The position numbers and the translations under genes were made by a program. Under the pieces are notes generated by a model. It did no database searches. It saw nothing but the letters and a program-made list of their open reading frames with translations, and was not told where the DNA came from. Of a stretch of DNA of 51,736 bases, positions 22,742-34,532 are shown piece by piece (within the stretch, counting starts at the first letter, position 1; the number at the start of each line of letters is the position of its first letter). The stretch is from Elsinoe ampelina (Eukaryota): assembly GCA_010093995.1 (NCBI GenBank), contig ML992502.1:1956312-2008047 (forward strand), read 5' to 3'.

Positions 22742-25700
22742 TCACACTGCTGTGCCCAGCTCCACTGCACCTTCCCCGTCCTCAGCCCTACAGTCGCATC
22801 CGTAGAGAGCCCTGAACTGCGACACCGATAGCCCCTCCAGCTCCCGCATCGCATTGTCTGCACTCCTCCCTTTACCGTACCTCGTCGACAACGACACGTC
22901 ACCTCCTATGACCTTATCGTGGACAATGACCGCGGCAAACGCTCTCGGCTGCCCATTGTCAATGGCAGGCTCTTCCTCCGCAAACACTCTGTATCCGCGA
23001 CAGCCGAACGTGTCCCCTAGCAGCCGATGCAGCCGGACCACAGGATGATCATTGGCAAAAGTGTCATAGATCTCCATGTCCTCAAAGTATGGCAGCATGT
23101 GCTTGTCAAAGAACATCTGGACCTGATTATAATCGAAGCCAGAGTCAAGAAACATGGCCCCAATATATGCCTCGACAATATCAGCCAGACACTTTGGAGG
23201 ATCGCTAACCGAGGTCCAAAAGTCCATGGCTCCATTTGCATTCTTTTGCGCTTCCTCGAGCTCTTCAGCATAGATTTTGATCTGTGGGCCGAGCTTGTTG
23301 GTGCTGTACCGCAGGTTGCGATGAAACCCGAGGATCACGCAAAGAGCGCCGAGGAATCTGTTCGCCACCATGGCCATCTTGTGCTCTGTCAGCCACTGCG
23401 GGCCTTCGTCAGGGTAGCGGTAAATCAAGTGAGATACGCATGCCATATCAAGAAGTGAGTCGCCCAAGAATTCTAGCTGTTGGTAGCTGCGGACGGACTC
23501 GTAAGCGCGAGGCATTGATGGGTGAGTGAAGGCTGCGTGTAGCAGGCGGACGTTCTTGAAGCGGTAAGGGTGAATGAGTGCTACTTGCTCAGCCAGGTGG
23601 AGCTCGAGTCCTCTGATCTGCTTGCCATCCTGCTTCTGCCATTCCGGGACAATATAAGCCTTTTCGTAATCCGTCCACTTCAACATCCCATGCTTGACGA
23701 TCTTGTCTTCTTCGTTGACCTTGTCGTTATTACTATTGACCAACTTCGTCACGGCTCTGACTGCATTGTCCCAGCTTTCTGGTGTCCAATTCCCCGGCAC
23801 GTTGTCACTCAACCAGGCAGCTCCGATGATGGCCTCGCAGACGTCCGCAATGGTTTTCTTGCCAAGGGCATGCTGCAACACGATGTCCGCTTGCTTGTTG
23901 GCCCCCTTCCCCTCGAGCATCTTGATGCCTTCAGGGTACCAGGTACGTCTGGAGAAGCCCTGTGTGCGAATATGGTCCGTCAGCTTAATCTCTAGTGCGG
24001 TCTGGAACAGATTCATGTTGCACAGCTGCAGCATGCGCTTGACATGGAAGTCGAACTCTGAGTCATCGGGGTTGCGGATGTAAGTGTGGATAGATGTTGT
24101 CATCTTCAAGAAGGTATCGCCCAGAAACTCAAGTCGCTCATAATTTCGTCCCATACCACGCTCGAACTTGACCTTGGACAAATCCTCGCCATAGTCACCG
24201 GTGGCATCCGAGTCCTTTGTTAGGGCCTCTAATGCAAGAGTCGGATTTGCCGTGAGACCCAGATGCTCCCATGCCTCAGCAGCAATGAGGTGAGACTCGA
24301 TGCGCCAAATTACTGCTGGAAGGGCATAGCAGGCCGAAGCAACGCTCACCGGGATGCGAGAGATACGCAGTGGCTGTGGACAAATGTAGCATTTCGCCTT
24401 ACCCTTCAGCTCCTTGTCGACCACATCTGCCAGCATGTTTCGACGATGTAGCAATCTTTCGGCTTCGAGCACGGGCTGATCAGGCGTGTAAGTTGCCTTG
24501 AGCTTTGATTTCTTCCACAAAGATATGGTAGTGGTCAGGACAGATGGACCGCTCCCGTCAGCCTTGATGTGGTCAGGATTAGGATCAGTCGCTTTCAGGT
24601 TGGTTGCTAAACTCTTTGTGAAGTAGCGCTTGCCTCCATCAAACGGGTCCACAAGGAACTTGCCGATGAGATCTGAGGTGTGCATATCAGGAGTCCAGCG
24701 AGGGTCATCTCCTCCGCAGATTTGCTCGAGAATACGCCAATCGATGATGGTATGGAGGTCGCGCTCGTCTGGACCTTCTCTGACAGGCGCAATCCAGTAG
24801 GACATCTTGGCAGGGTCGAATTCGTACGTCTTGTTGAATATGTCCTTGAAAATCTTCAGCGCGAACCTAGTAAGCAGGTCCAGCTGAGGTCCCTGCAGGT
24901 CCAGGACTCCGTCAACTGGACGTACGATGGTTGACGACGAGGATCCGGAGTTGAGATACAAGAAGAAAGAAGGGATCCGTGGTAACCGATCTCTAGAGAG
25001 GATGAGAATCGGTCTGTGTGGCTGATCAAGACCAGCCGTGAAATCGATCAAACTTCCGTGTAGCACCAACGGAGTCTCACCATGCCTCCAGAACGCTGGT
25101 TTGTGCTTCATCTTGTAGCTGCTCTTGCCTTGGAGATCAAGCGCCAGAGCAGCATTTCTCATTGTGGGCAAGCGATCCTTGTAGATGGGTAGAAGATTGT
25201 CGTCTAGTAGTTCTCTCTTCAAAAGCTCAAGACAACAGTGTAATGCTGCCGAACACTTTGCGTCGACCTTGCGCCGCTTAGGTTTACCTTGAGCTCCTCT
25301 GACAGGGGAGCATGTTGGCAGCACCACTTCACACCTGAATCCTCCGGCAATATACTGTACGGCGTATTGTGGTCTGAGTGGCTCGTCGCCACTATTTGGC
25401 AGAGTGCTGACGAAGTGGGCTAAGAAGACGACCGCATTGGAAGGAGTCAGCTTTGCCCCAGAAGAGGCAATGTTATGGAAATTCTCGCCGTGGTACAATA
25501 TCTCGGGCGTGCGAAGGTCCTCATTTCCAGTCAGCCGGCGGTCTTCCGGGAGTCGTGCACAGAACGATCGCATCATCTGCTCGGCTCTATTATTGTCGTC
25601 GTACATAACGGCATGGTCGCGGTTGCCTGTCTCGATCATGTGGATGAAGGTAGAATTCCGATGACGAGCTCGTCCCCTTGATTGGACGTATTGAATCATC

Positions 25701-27331
25701 GTCTGGCAAGGATCAAAGCGGATGATAAGGTTGCAACTAGGCACGTCAAGTCCTTCTTCTGCAACAGATGTCGCAAATATGCAATTGATCAGCCCATCCC
25801 TAAACCTCTTGAGCGTCAATACTTGTTCTCGCAGTGTACTTGCTGGGTTGGCCATGTCCATGCTTCCAACGCCGATAAGGTAGCCACACTGAAGATGAAT
25901 GCCTCCTAGAGCATTAAAGACCTCAGTCAAAAGTGTTGCAGTGTGCCTTTCCCGAACAAATACGATGCAGCGATAGTCGCTAGGTCCGCTGAAAAAGTCT
26001 AGGAGGCATCGGTGTAGGGCCATGACTTTTGGAGACAGTGTGGATGCGGACGGTGAGGGCATGCCTTTGGAGGAGATGTAAGCAAGGAGCCCCCGCATCT
26101 GGGCAACTTCACGTTCCCTCAAAGCATCGTCCCCTGTGGACGTGCCGTAGGCCCTGGCATACTTCTCAATATGCATGTCTGACTTCAAAGCGATCTTTTC
26201 CGGTAGAGATAGATGCCAGAATCGATCTGCACACCAGGTCCCCAGGTGAGCATGAACGTGTGAGGAGCGGTCGGCAAGCCTTTTCATGAAATGGAAGTGA
26301 CCGTACTTGTTCACCAGATCCACGCAGAACGAGGTCTGTGACGGAGGTGGCAACCTGGGGTACGTCTGTTTGGACTCTCTTGGTCGATGGATGTAGCTAC
26401 TGAGCGGAGCCAGATGAGAGGCGGTCGCGATGGTACTATGCAGTGTTGCCTCCAGCTCCAATGCAAGGTCGACCACGTCCAAATCTTCTGCTTTGGCGTC
26501 GATTGGCGAGGCCGTCATGCCAAAGACACGAGGTCGCCTGGCCTTGTCAAGTGGGTGAAAGTAGTCCCGCATAATCTTGCAATAGGGATGTGATTGTTTT
26601 GCATGATGGGCTTCGTCGAAAATGAGGAGATTGATTTGGTCCATTCTGATGAAGCCATGGGACAGACAAAGGTGCAAGACCTCGGGCGTGCAGACAATGA
26701 CCTTGTTCTTCGCAAAGTGCTTATGCCACTTGTCCTTGGTCCAGAGGTCGATACCCATGGCACCGTAGATACGAGCAACCTCATGGTTGAGATTGTGCTT
26801 CAGCACAGCCTGTTGTTGAAAGACCAAGTTCACAGCGGGTACCAGAAAGAAGGCGATACGAGAAGGTTTCCCAGCTAAGCGATCGTCCAATTCTTGGTCG
26901 ACGATATGCCGTAAGAGTAGGACAGCTATCAGTGTCTTTCCGGTGCCCGTATCCAGTACCGCTATGGTGTTGTGCTGTTTGGCTCGTTCGAAAAGCTCCA
27001 ATTGATACTCCCGCGGGTCATCAATGATATGCTCTGATTCCTGTTCGCCAATGATTTGACTGATTGACAACTGTTGCTTTGTCGAGTCTTTGCCTCGTCT
27101 ATCACGAGCAGGCTGTGCATCTGACGCTATCTGTTGCAGCATCCATGACCTGAATATCGAGTGTTGCTTCTGCTTTCGTGAATGAGCAGTGAGTGGCCGG
27201 TCAGTCTGGTCGTCATCCAAGTCCTCGCTTTCGCTGTCGACATCTTCCGCTTCCGAGTTCATTTGTTTAGTGTTCTTCGGATCATCGCGTAGTGTGATCG
27301 CAGGCTGTGCATGGACGATCGACTCCGGCAT
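22742..27331 (-). CDS. dcl1: Dicer-like protein 1
   Basis: DExH helicase (LDTGTGKT, FDEAHH, GMTASP, AEEGLD, QSRGRAR), Dicer dsRNA-binding fold, RNase IIIa NYERLEFLGD, RNase IIIb YQQLEFLGD, and the C-terminal C...H...CDC zinc motif typical of fungal Dcl1/Dcr1. Confidence 0.93.
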   Translation of the reverse strand: MPESIVHAQPAITLRDDPKNTKQMNSEAEDVDSESEDLDDDQTDRPLTAHSRKQKQHSIFRSWMLQQIASDAQPARDRRGKDSTKQQLSISQIIGEQESEHIIDDPREYQLELFERAKQHNTIAVLDTGTGKTLIAVLLLRHIVDQELDDRLAGKPSRIAFFLVPAVNLVFQQQAVLKHNLNHEVARIYGAMGIDLWTKDKWHKHFAKNKVIVCTPEVLHLCLSHGFIRMDQINLLIFDEAHHAKQSHPYCKIMRDYFHPLDKARRPRVFGMTASPIDAKAEDLDVVDLALELEATLHSTIATASHLAPLSSYIHRPRESKQTYPRLPPPSQTSFCVDLVNKYGHFHFMKRLADRSSHVHAHLGTWCADRFWHLSLPEKIALKSDMHIEKYARAYGTSTGDDALREREVAQMRGLLAYISSKGMPSPSASTLSPKVMALHRCLLDFFSGPSDYRCIVFVRERHTATLLTEVFNALGGIHLQCGYLIGVGSMDMANPASTLREQVLTLKRFRDGLINCIFATSVAEEGLDVPSCNLIIRFDPCQTMIQYVQSRGRARHRNSTFIHMIETGNRDHAVMYDDNNRAEQMMRSFCARLPEDRRLTGNEDLRTPEILYHGENFHNIASSGAKLTPSNAVVFLAHFVSTLPNSGDEPLRPQYAVQYIAGGFRCEVVLPTCSPVRGAQGKPKRRKVDAKCSAALHCCLELLKRELLDDNLLPIYKDRLPTMRNAALALDLQGKSSYKMKHKPAFWRHGETPLVLHGSLIDFTAGLDQPHRPILILSRDRLPRIPSFFLYLNSGSSSSTIVRPVDGVLDLQGPQLDLLTRFALKIFKDIFNKTYEFDPAKMSYWIAPVREGPDERDLHTIIDWRILEQICGGDDPRWTPDMHTSDLIGKFLVDPFDGGKRYFTKSLATNLKATDPNPDHIKADGSGPSVLTTTISLWKKSKLKATYTPDQPVLEAERLLHRRNMLADVVDKELKGKAKCYICPQPLRISRIPVSVASACYALPAVIWRIESHLIAAEAWEHLGLTANPTLALEALTKDSDATGDYGEDLSKVKFERGMGRNYERLEFLGDTFLKMTTSIHTYIRNPDDSEFDFHVKRMLQLCNMNLFQTALEIKLTDHIRTQGFSRRTWYPEGIKMLEGKGANKQADIVLQHALGKKTIADVCEAIIGAAWLSDNVPGNWTPESWDNAVRAVTKLVNSNNDKVNEEDKIVKHGMLKWTDYEKAYIVPEWQKQDGKQIRGLELHLAEQVALIHPYRFKNVRLLHAAFTHPSMPRAYESVRSYQQLEFLGDSLLDMACVSHLIYRYPDEGPQWLTEHKMAMVANRFLGALCVILGFHRNLRYSTNKLGPQIKIYAEELEEAQKNANGAMDFWTSVSDPPKCLADIVEAYIGAMFLDSGFDYNQVQMFFDKHMLPYFEDMEIYDTFANDHPVVRLHRLLGDTFGCRGYRVFAEEEPAIDNGQPRAFAAVIVHDKVIGGDVSLSTRYGKGRSADNAMRELEGLSVSQFRALYGCDCRAEDGEGAVELGTAV

Positions 27332-27793
27332 CTCTCGACTGAGTCAAGCTTGGTAATGCTCTTATGGACCCAGGCTTGGTGAAGGGAGGACTCTGATGCA
27401 GACTAGTCCAAGATCCTAGCGATTGCAATGAGAAAGACAAAGAGTACTGGGGAGTATATATAGCTCGCACATGCTTCCAGCAGTACCAGTCGCTATCACA
27501 TGGTAAACTGAAACGCACAGCAAACATGTGCCGTCTTGTGCTCAAACCTGGAGATGAGGTTGTCAATCCAATGGTTGATTTTCAACGAAGCGCGAGGTCA
27601 AGGGTTTGCCCGTGTGGCCCTGTTTCCTGGGGATTGGTTAAAAATCCACCTTCGCCTCTACCACACGCGCGCGCACCTGTCCTTTCAAATATACCATCTG
27701 CCATACCTGGATCCATCTGCAATCAGACAGAGACAACTAGCCAGTCATAGAACCTCCGATCCGAGCTTCACTTGAACCCTGAACTACTTCAAC

Positions 27794-28900
27794 ATGTCCG
27801 GCGAGACCATGAGTCTGCGATCACTGTATCAAAGCGCCGAAGGCAAACGGCAAAAGCTGAGCCAGCTACCATCATCAAACGCTCCAGAATTCCAGGACAT
27901 TCTCAATTCAGCTCTATCAGACTACCAGAAAGCTCTCGACACAGTAGATAGAGGCTCGATCTTCAGTCGGAACGAAATCATCGATGATGTGTCTACAAGC
28001 GATATAAGGTCGGCTCTGTGTCCGCTTCTACAATACGTCCGCTGACAGTAGGTCAGATACTTTCTGCTGCGGTATTATCTTGCGGATTTGACTCTCAAAA
28101 AGACTGGTGGCGACAGGAAAGCACATGTGAAGGAGGCACAGTCGTTATTGACAGCGTTTCTCAAACAACTCGATTCCCACGATATCTTGACAAAGCCTGA
28201 TGCGAAATTGCTGGAAAGATTCCTCGACACACCCGACACATTCTCTATTGCTTCAAGTGCCGATCCAGCAGCGCGCAGAGAGATCAAGATCCGCCGATTC
28301 AGAGAAGAGAAAGAGCTCAAGCAAAGACTCTCGGTCCTGCAGTCACAATCTTCGGCTTCGCAGGATGATGAAATCGCACGTGACCTGTACCTCCAGCAAA
28401 TATCATTTGCGGTTCATCAGACATTCCAGACGCTGGAATCAATAGCGCAAGAGCTGCATATCCTATCCATGGCACCTCCAACGCCACCCGACTTGGGCGA
28501 GCTCACCCTTGACTCCCGGGACAGGGAGCGTAGAGGTGATGGCTATTCGGAAAGGCTTGACGGACCATCACACTTGTCAGCGGGATTGAAAGGTCCTCTC
28601 CTTGATTCGAAGGGCAAACCTATGAGACTATTCACATTGCTTGACAAACGGACACAGCTTCAGCAAGGTGTATTCAGACCAGACCATAGCCTCCCGACCA
28701 TGACCATCGACGAGTACTTGGAAGAGGAGCGGAGGCGCGGAGGTATCATCGAGGGTGGCGGACCCAATTCTGGACTTGCTCCAGAACCAGACGAGGACAA
28801 TCTGGAAAAGGCAGATGCAGAGACGATGAAAGCTAGAGCTTGGGATGACTTCAAGGATGAGAACCCAAAAGGCGCGGGAAACACGTTGAACAGGGGTTAG
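27794..28900 (+). CDS. TAP42: TAP42/alpha4 PP2A-associated protein
   Basis: IFSRNEIIDDVST, RREIKIRRFREEKEL, VFRPDHSLPTMTIDEYL, KARAWDDFKDENPKGAGN; intron at 28009-28056. Confidence 0.93.
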
Positions 28901-29496
28901 TCACACATACAGAGGGTGTTGGACATGAACATCTCGCTATGATCACGAATCTACAAAACATCCTGATGGCACAGTCCCATGACGTTAACACTTGACGATG
29001 GTGATCCAACGTGGAATCCCTGGTCGGAGTTCGGAGTCAAAGGGCCGTGGAATCAGGATCAACGTGGCGGAGATCACGCTTGGTCAAAATCTGGAGAGGT
29101 TATCCGGGCAAATCTCGCCCCTTGGCCCCAAAAAGCATGCTTTTGCGGCCAACACTCTTATTAGCCCGGCCAGAGAGAAATGGCGCATTTGGCTATCTTT
29201 CGCTGCCAGTGCCATTCACTGCGGTACCTAAAGACTTTTCACCGACTCCTCGGGCGCTACCAACCGCTCAGTACATGAGATCTTGCTTATCATGTTGATC
29301 AATTGACCCACGGACGTTTCTCATCGCACATAATTCTGTTTCCCTGCATAGTTGTTTCTGTTCCTGGTCTTTACGTCACAAATACCTGCATTGTTTCCAC
29401 CGCCTCGAGTGTCAGGATTTCCGTCTTGATCGACGAGCGGATCTGACATTCTACTTTTCTGCTGGATACCCGTCACAACTCTGGTTCGCGTCAAGT

Positions 29497-31505
29497 ATGA
29501 GTTTTCGAAATAACGACCGACGGGGTAGCAATCGGAACGCGCTATCTACCTCGCCACTGGCAGAGCAGTCGATATTGCGCGACCTGCAAGACGAGGAAGA
29601 AGAAGAAGAGGAAGCCCAGCAGCTTCTTCGAAATGGCCGTTCCTTTGGCGATGGTCATCATATGAATGGTCGTCGTGCTTCGGCTTCGAGAACAGATTAT
29701 TCCATGATCGGAAGTTTTCGAAGACCTAGTGCTGTTGCATATGGTCCCAGACCAATATTTTCAGCCGCTCCAGCACCAGACCCTGGCCCATTCATCACGG
29801 AGCAGGACCGCGAGGCAGCTTTCGAGGACGAGCGGAGTCTTCTCAGAGACAATGAAATTATCCCTCCAAAGCATCCGAGGAAGGAAAGCACAGCGTCTGG
29901 CACATCTGGCTTTCTCGCCCGCAAATTGTCGATACAGCAATTCATTCCCCGCCGGAGCATGAGCGTGACCCGCGGAAGCGCCATCGAAGACGACGCTGTA
30001 GATGAGACCACGCCTCTTGTGCGGAATCACAACTTGCCATACGGCGGCGAGGACACGCCAGAGAACATTGACAAAAAGTGGAACGAGGCTGTAGCTCAAG
30101 GCGAAATCCAAACGACCTGGCAACGAGAGGCAAAGGTTCTGGCAAAATACTCCAGACCGCTTGTCTTCACTTTCGTCCTACAGTACTCCTTGACGGTAGT
30201 CTCCATCTTCACTGTCGGGCATATCGGTAAGATCGAGCTCGGAGCTGCTTCACTAGGTGGCATGTCCGCCAACATCACTGGATTCGCCATCTTCATTGGT
30301 CTGGCGACTAGTCTGGATACCCTCTGCCCTCAGGCTTACGGATCCGGCAAGAAGCAATTGGTCGGTCTGCAGATGCAGCGTATGGTCTACTTTCTCTGGC
30401 TTATCACCATTCCGATCGCCTGTATCTGGGCCGCTGCCCCACAGATTCTCACTGCTGTGCTTAGCGAGAAGGAGGTCGCCGCAAAGGCAGGACAGTATCT
30501 CAGAGTCTTGATCTTTGGAGCACCTGGCTATGCTGCATTTGAGAGTGGCAAGCGCTATGTTCAAGCTCAAGGTCTCTTCCACGCTACGCTGTACGTCCTC
30601 ATGGCTGCAGCTCCTATCAACGTCTTCCTACACTGGCTCTTCGTGTGGAAGCTGGAGTGGGGCTTCATTGGCGCTCCCATCGCAATCGCCATCGTCGACA
30701 ACCTGCTTCCGCTCTTCCTCTTCCTGTACGTTCGCTTCGTCGACGGCATGGAGTGTTGGCCTGGTTTCACCCGCCGCGCCTTCAAGAACTGGTGGCCAAT
30801 GATCAAGCTCGCCCTGCCCGGTCTCGTGATGGTGCTTGCGGAATGGCTTGCATTTGAGATTCTGACCTTGACCTCGTCATATATCTCGTCGACCCACTTG
30901 GCGACTCAGAGTATTCTCAGCACGATCAGTGCAATCACCTTCCAGATCCCATTTGCCATCAGTATTGCATCGTCAACCCGTATCGCCAACCTCATCGGCG
31001 CCACTCTTGTCGAACCTGCAAAGCTCTCGACCAAGGTCTCGCTTTACGTGGCTTTGATTGTCGGTGCAAGCAACATGCTTCTCCTCATCGCCCTCCGCAC
31101 TGTCCTCCCATGGGCTTTCACCAACGATTCTGATGTCGCCGAATTGACAATGAAGGTGCTGCCTCTCAATGCAGCCTTCCAACTCTTTGATTCGCTAGCG
31201 GCTCTTGCCAATGGTATTCTTCGCGGTCTCGGCCGTCAAGAAGTCGGTGGCTACGTCAATTTGATCTGTTACTATGTCGTAAGTTGCACTCTTATTCATG
31301 ACATACAAACAAATTCTAACAAGCATAGATTGCCCTTCCCATCTCCTTCGCCACCGCTTTCGGCCTCCACTGGGACCTTTACGGTCTTTGGGCCGGTCCC
31401 GCAGGCGCCCTCGGTCTTGTAGCAGCCATCGAGCTCTATTTTGTCTACAAGATGGACTGGAACAAAGCCGTCGAAGCAGCAACGGCCAGGAACGAAGTCG
31501 GCTAA
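29497..31505 (+). CDS. MATE family efflux transporter (ERC1-like)
   Basis: ELGAASL, SLDTLCPQAYG, WLAFEIL, STRIANLIGA, GILRGLGRQ; intron at 31279-31328; stop at 31503-31505. The start codon is tentative. Confidence 0.92.
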
Positions 31506-31651
31506 GCATGTCACATTTATCCATAAATATGTTTGTATCTAGCGATCAACCACATTGGTTACTAGCGTAGTATAACGGCCTACTGTAGACACATGCATAA
31601 TCCCATCCTCCCCCCTTGCCCCTCCTCACTCCCCCCCCCCTGCTCATCCCT

Positions 31652-32545
31652 CTACACCACCCTCCTCCCCCTAATCCTCAGCGGCTGCGGATCCTCCGGA
31701 TCATTACTCGCCGGCACCGACCCCTTGATCCTATTCTGCGCCTGACAATCACTCGTACAATTACTCGCGCCCAGACTCGCCTCCGTAGCATCCTCACCCA
31801 ACACGCCCCCCATCCTACCCCCGCTCTTGACCAACCACTTCGTGACGCTCCCATCCTGGTACGTCTTCGCGGCGACCTGCGGACTATCCTTCCCGAGCAA
31901 CATCCCATGCCGGCCCTCCCCCGAACTCACCGCGTCGACGCCGTTCCCGAAATTGATCTTCCCCGTGACGCTGTTTTTGAAGTAGAACATCTCGGGCCCC
32001 AAGGTGTGCACGAACTCGACGTCGGACGCGAACTCGGTTTCCATCTGGAAGATGCCGCCTTGCGGGGCGTCTTTGCTTTGGATCTTGAGCTTGCCGAGCG
32101 GGGTGGAGAAGATGATGACGAAGACGTCGTCTTGCAGGTCGAAGTCTTTGATGCTGCTTGAGGAGCGTTGGGCGGGGGTGAGGGAGGGGGTTTTGGAGGT
32201 GAAGATCACCGTGGGGGATGTCACCATGCGTTCTGGTGAGGGGGCGCCGGTGAGGGTGTAGTTGTTGACGGAGAGGGTGGTGCAGTCGATGTCGTAGGAG
32301 ACGTGGATGCCGCGGACTTGGATGGCGTCGCGGCACGTGGCTTTGGAGGGGGCTTTGGCGGATTTGCCGGGCGCGGGGTTGTAGGTGATGCCGTTGAGGG
32401 TGACGGCGAAGTCGCCTGAGCCGGAGGTGTTGGAGATGGTGGTGGACCCGCCGTCTTTGGAGCTGTCTTTGGTGGTGTCTTTGGCTAGGGCTGAGGTGCC
32501 GAGGGAAGCCAACACGGCGAAGAGGGGGAGGGAGTGGTAGTGCAT
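31652..32545 (-). CDS. Secreted protein of unknown function, 297 aa, intronless
   Basis: Signal peptide MHYHSLPLFAVLASLGTSALA; strong codon periodicity; four Cys; beta-strand-rich pattern; no domain I can name. Confidence 0.8.
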   Translation of the reverse strand: MHYHSLPLFAVLASLGTSALAKDTTKDSSKDGGSTTISNTSGSGDFAVTLNGITYNPAPGKSAKAPSKATCRDAIQVRGIHVSYDIDCTTLSVNNYTLTGAPSPERMVTSPTVIFTSKTPSLTPAQRSSSSIKDFDLQDDVFVIIFSTPLGKLKIQSKDAPQGGIFQMETEFASDVEFVHTLGPEMFYFKNSVTGKINFGNGVDAVSSGEGRHGMLLGKDSPQVAAKTYQDGSVTKWLVKSGGRMGGVLGEDATEASLGASNCTSDCQAQNRIKGSVPASNDPEDPQPLRIRGRRVV

Positions 32546-33484
32546 GATGCTTGGTGTAGCTTGGTGTTGCTTGGCTATTGGGATAGTATGAGGATGGATG
32601 GAGAAAATGGGGCAGATCGTGCGAGGTGATATGTGGGTAAGGGGAGGGATCGACAGAGAATACTTATACTGAAGAAGTACATAGGCTTACCTTGGAATCA
32701 CTACTGGCTTCCGCACATTCATCCCCGATCATGCTTGACCATTGTGCAGTATGTGAGGTGAACCGTTGCGTCGCGGAGGAATGCAATCTCCCCAGGCGGC
32801 TCATGAGCATAACCGTTCTAGACCTGTGAACTAGTGGCCTTGGCACGCGGTGATGGCGTTGAAGTGGCATCCCCTAACGTCGTCGCAGTGACACCAGTTC
32901 GCAGCGTGATAGGCTCATCCAACAACAAAACCTGGCACGAAAGTATGGTTATACTGATGGCTGAATAGTGGAATAGTGAAAAGGAGGCTGGCCTCGATCC
33001 ATGGGTCCATCAAGGGGAGCTCATGACTTTATTGGAGGAACCCCGTGGCGTGGGCTTGAGACCTATCAATGTCGTCCAACAGCTAGCGTAACAGGTTCTG
33101 TCGCAGGCATCTTGATAATTGACCCGGCCATGAGTAGCACTGTGTTGTACGAGCCGAGGTCAGCCACGACACGGATGAGGCAGGTGGTTCTGGGTCCTGA
33201 CGGTCATCGGTCAGTAGAGCCGCGCAACAGGCGGACAGAGTGTCGCGACGTGGAGCAGGATGTGCACGCCGACGTGGTGAATTAGTGATGGAACGATTTT
33301 TGCGCGCAAACACGAGGAAGAGCGGTGTCAAGAGCCGCACGAAAATGGGCCGAGGGCGGCGGTGACGGACCCTGAATTTCGGGTGTTGCACCCTTCCAGA
33401 AGCCCCACATGTTCTCCGCTGTCCGTCACCACCTCTTTCTCGCATTCACATGTATCTCCTCGTTGCAGACTAGCAATCTGGTGT

Positions 33485-34532
33485 ATGCACACTAGTCGCC
33501 TGTCGCGAATCACTTTACCCAGACGCCCTTCACGCCTGCCGACCTTCTCATCGCCCACGCGATGTGCTAGAACCCTCTCCCGCCCTTCCACGAACCTCGA
33601 ATGCCGAAGGCCAGTAATGACCGCGGCCGTCAACGGAACCACACGTCATGATGCCCGCCGGACGGAGACAATAGATCAAGGCAACGAGCCCGACCTGACG
33701 CACCTCTGCGCGAAGGTTCATGCTCGGGTGAATGCATTCCTGGATGCCGAACCCACCACAGACCTGTTACGGCGGGTGCAAGATCAGACGAGATTGAGTC
33801 TCAAGATTATCGACGAGGCATTAGACAGATACAGGTAAGATTGGAAGGGGTTGTGGTGATTGGTAGGCTGATCTTCCCAGCCTTGAAGAATTGTCTCTAT
33901 CATACAACGGTGGTAAGGATTGTCTGGTACTCCTGATCCTCTATCTGAGCGCCTTGTATGGCAAGGCGCGGAAAACAAGTCGACCACTCCCCAAGGAGCT
34001 GCATTCGGTGTACATTGTGTCCGCACATCCCTTCGAGCAAGTTGAGTCCTTCGTGATCTCATCAATAGAAACGTATCATCTAGAGCTTGTCCGGTATGCG
34101 AAACCAATGCGGCAAGCCTTCGAGGACTATCTGAACGATCACAAGAGCATAAAGGCCATCTTTGTTGGGACACGGCGGACAGATCCACACGGGGCCTCGT
34201 TGAAGTATTTCGACCCGACTGACAGGGGATGGCCGTCGTTCATGAGGATCTATCCAGTGATAGACTGGCACTATACCGAGATTTGGACTGTAAGGTGTCG
34301 TCAGACAGACATGCCGTGCTCATGCTAATTGGCTGCACAGTTCATTCGGCATCTTGACATACCTTACTGTACACTGTACGATCTGGGGTACACATCACTA
34401 GGCGGAACTACCGACACACACCCGAATCCCGCGCTGAAGGTCGATGGCTCAGACGCCCGCGGGGAGATCAAGTACCGCCCGGCATACGAGCTGGTAGAAG
34501 ATGAAGAGGAACGCCTCGGTCGGGACAAATAG
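33485..34532 (+). CDS. FAD1: FAD synthetase (FMN adenylyltransferase, PAPS reductase family)
   Basis: SLSYNGGKDCLVLL, IFVGTRRTDPH, PTDRGWPSFMR, LYDLGYTSLGG, ERLGR; introns at 33835-33880 and 34290-34340; in-frame ATGs at 33485 and 33617. Confidence 0.92.

Noticed and set aside
28995..29085. Repeated CAACGTGG / CGTGGAATC words upstream of the MATE gene
   Set aside because: Two copies each of short words; they may be TF sites but cannot be supported without conservation data.
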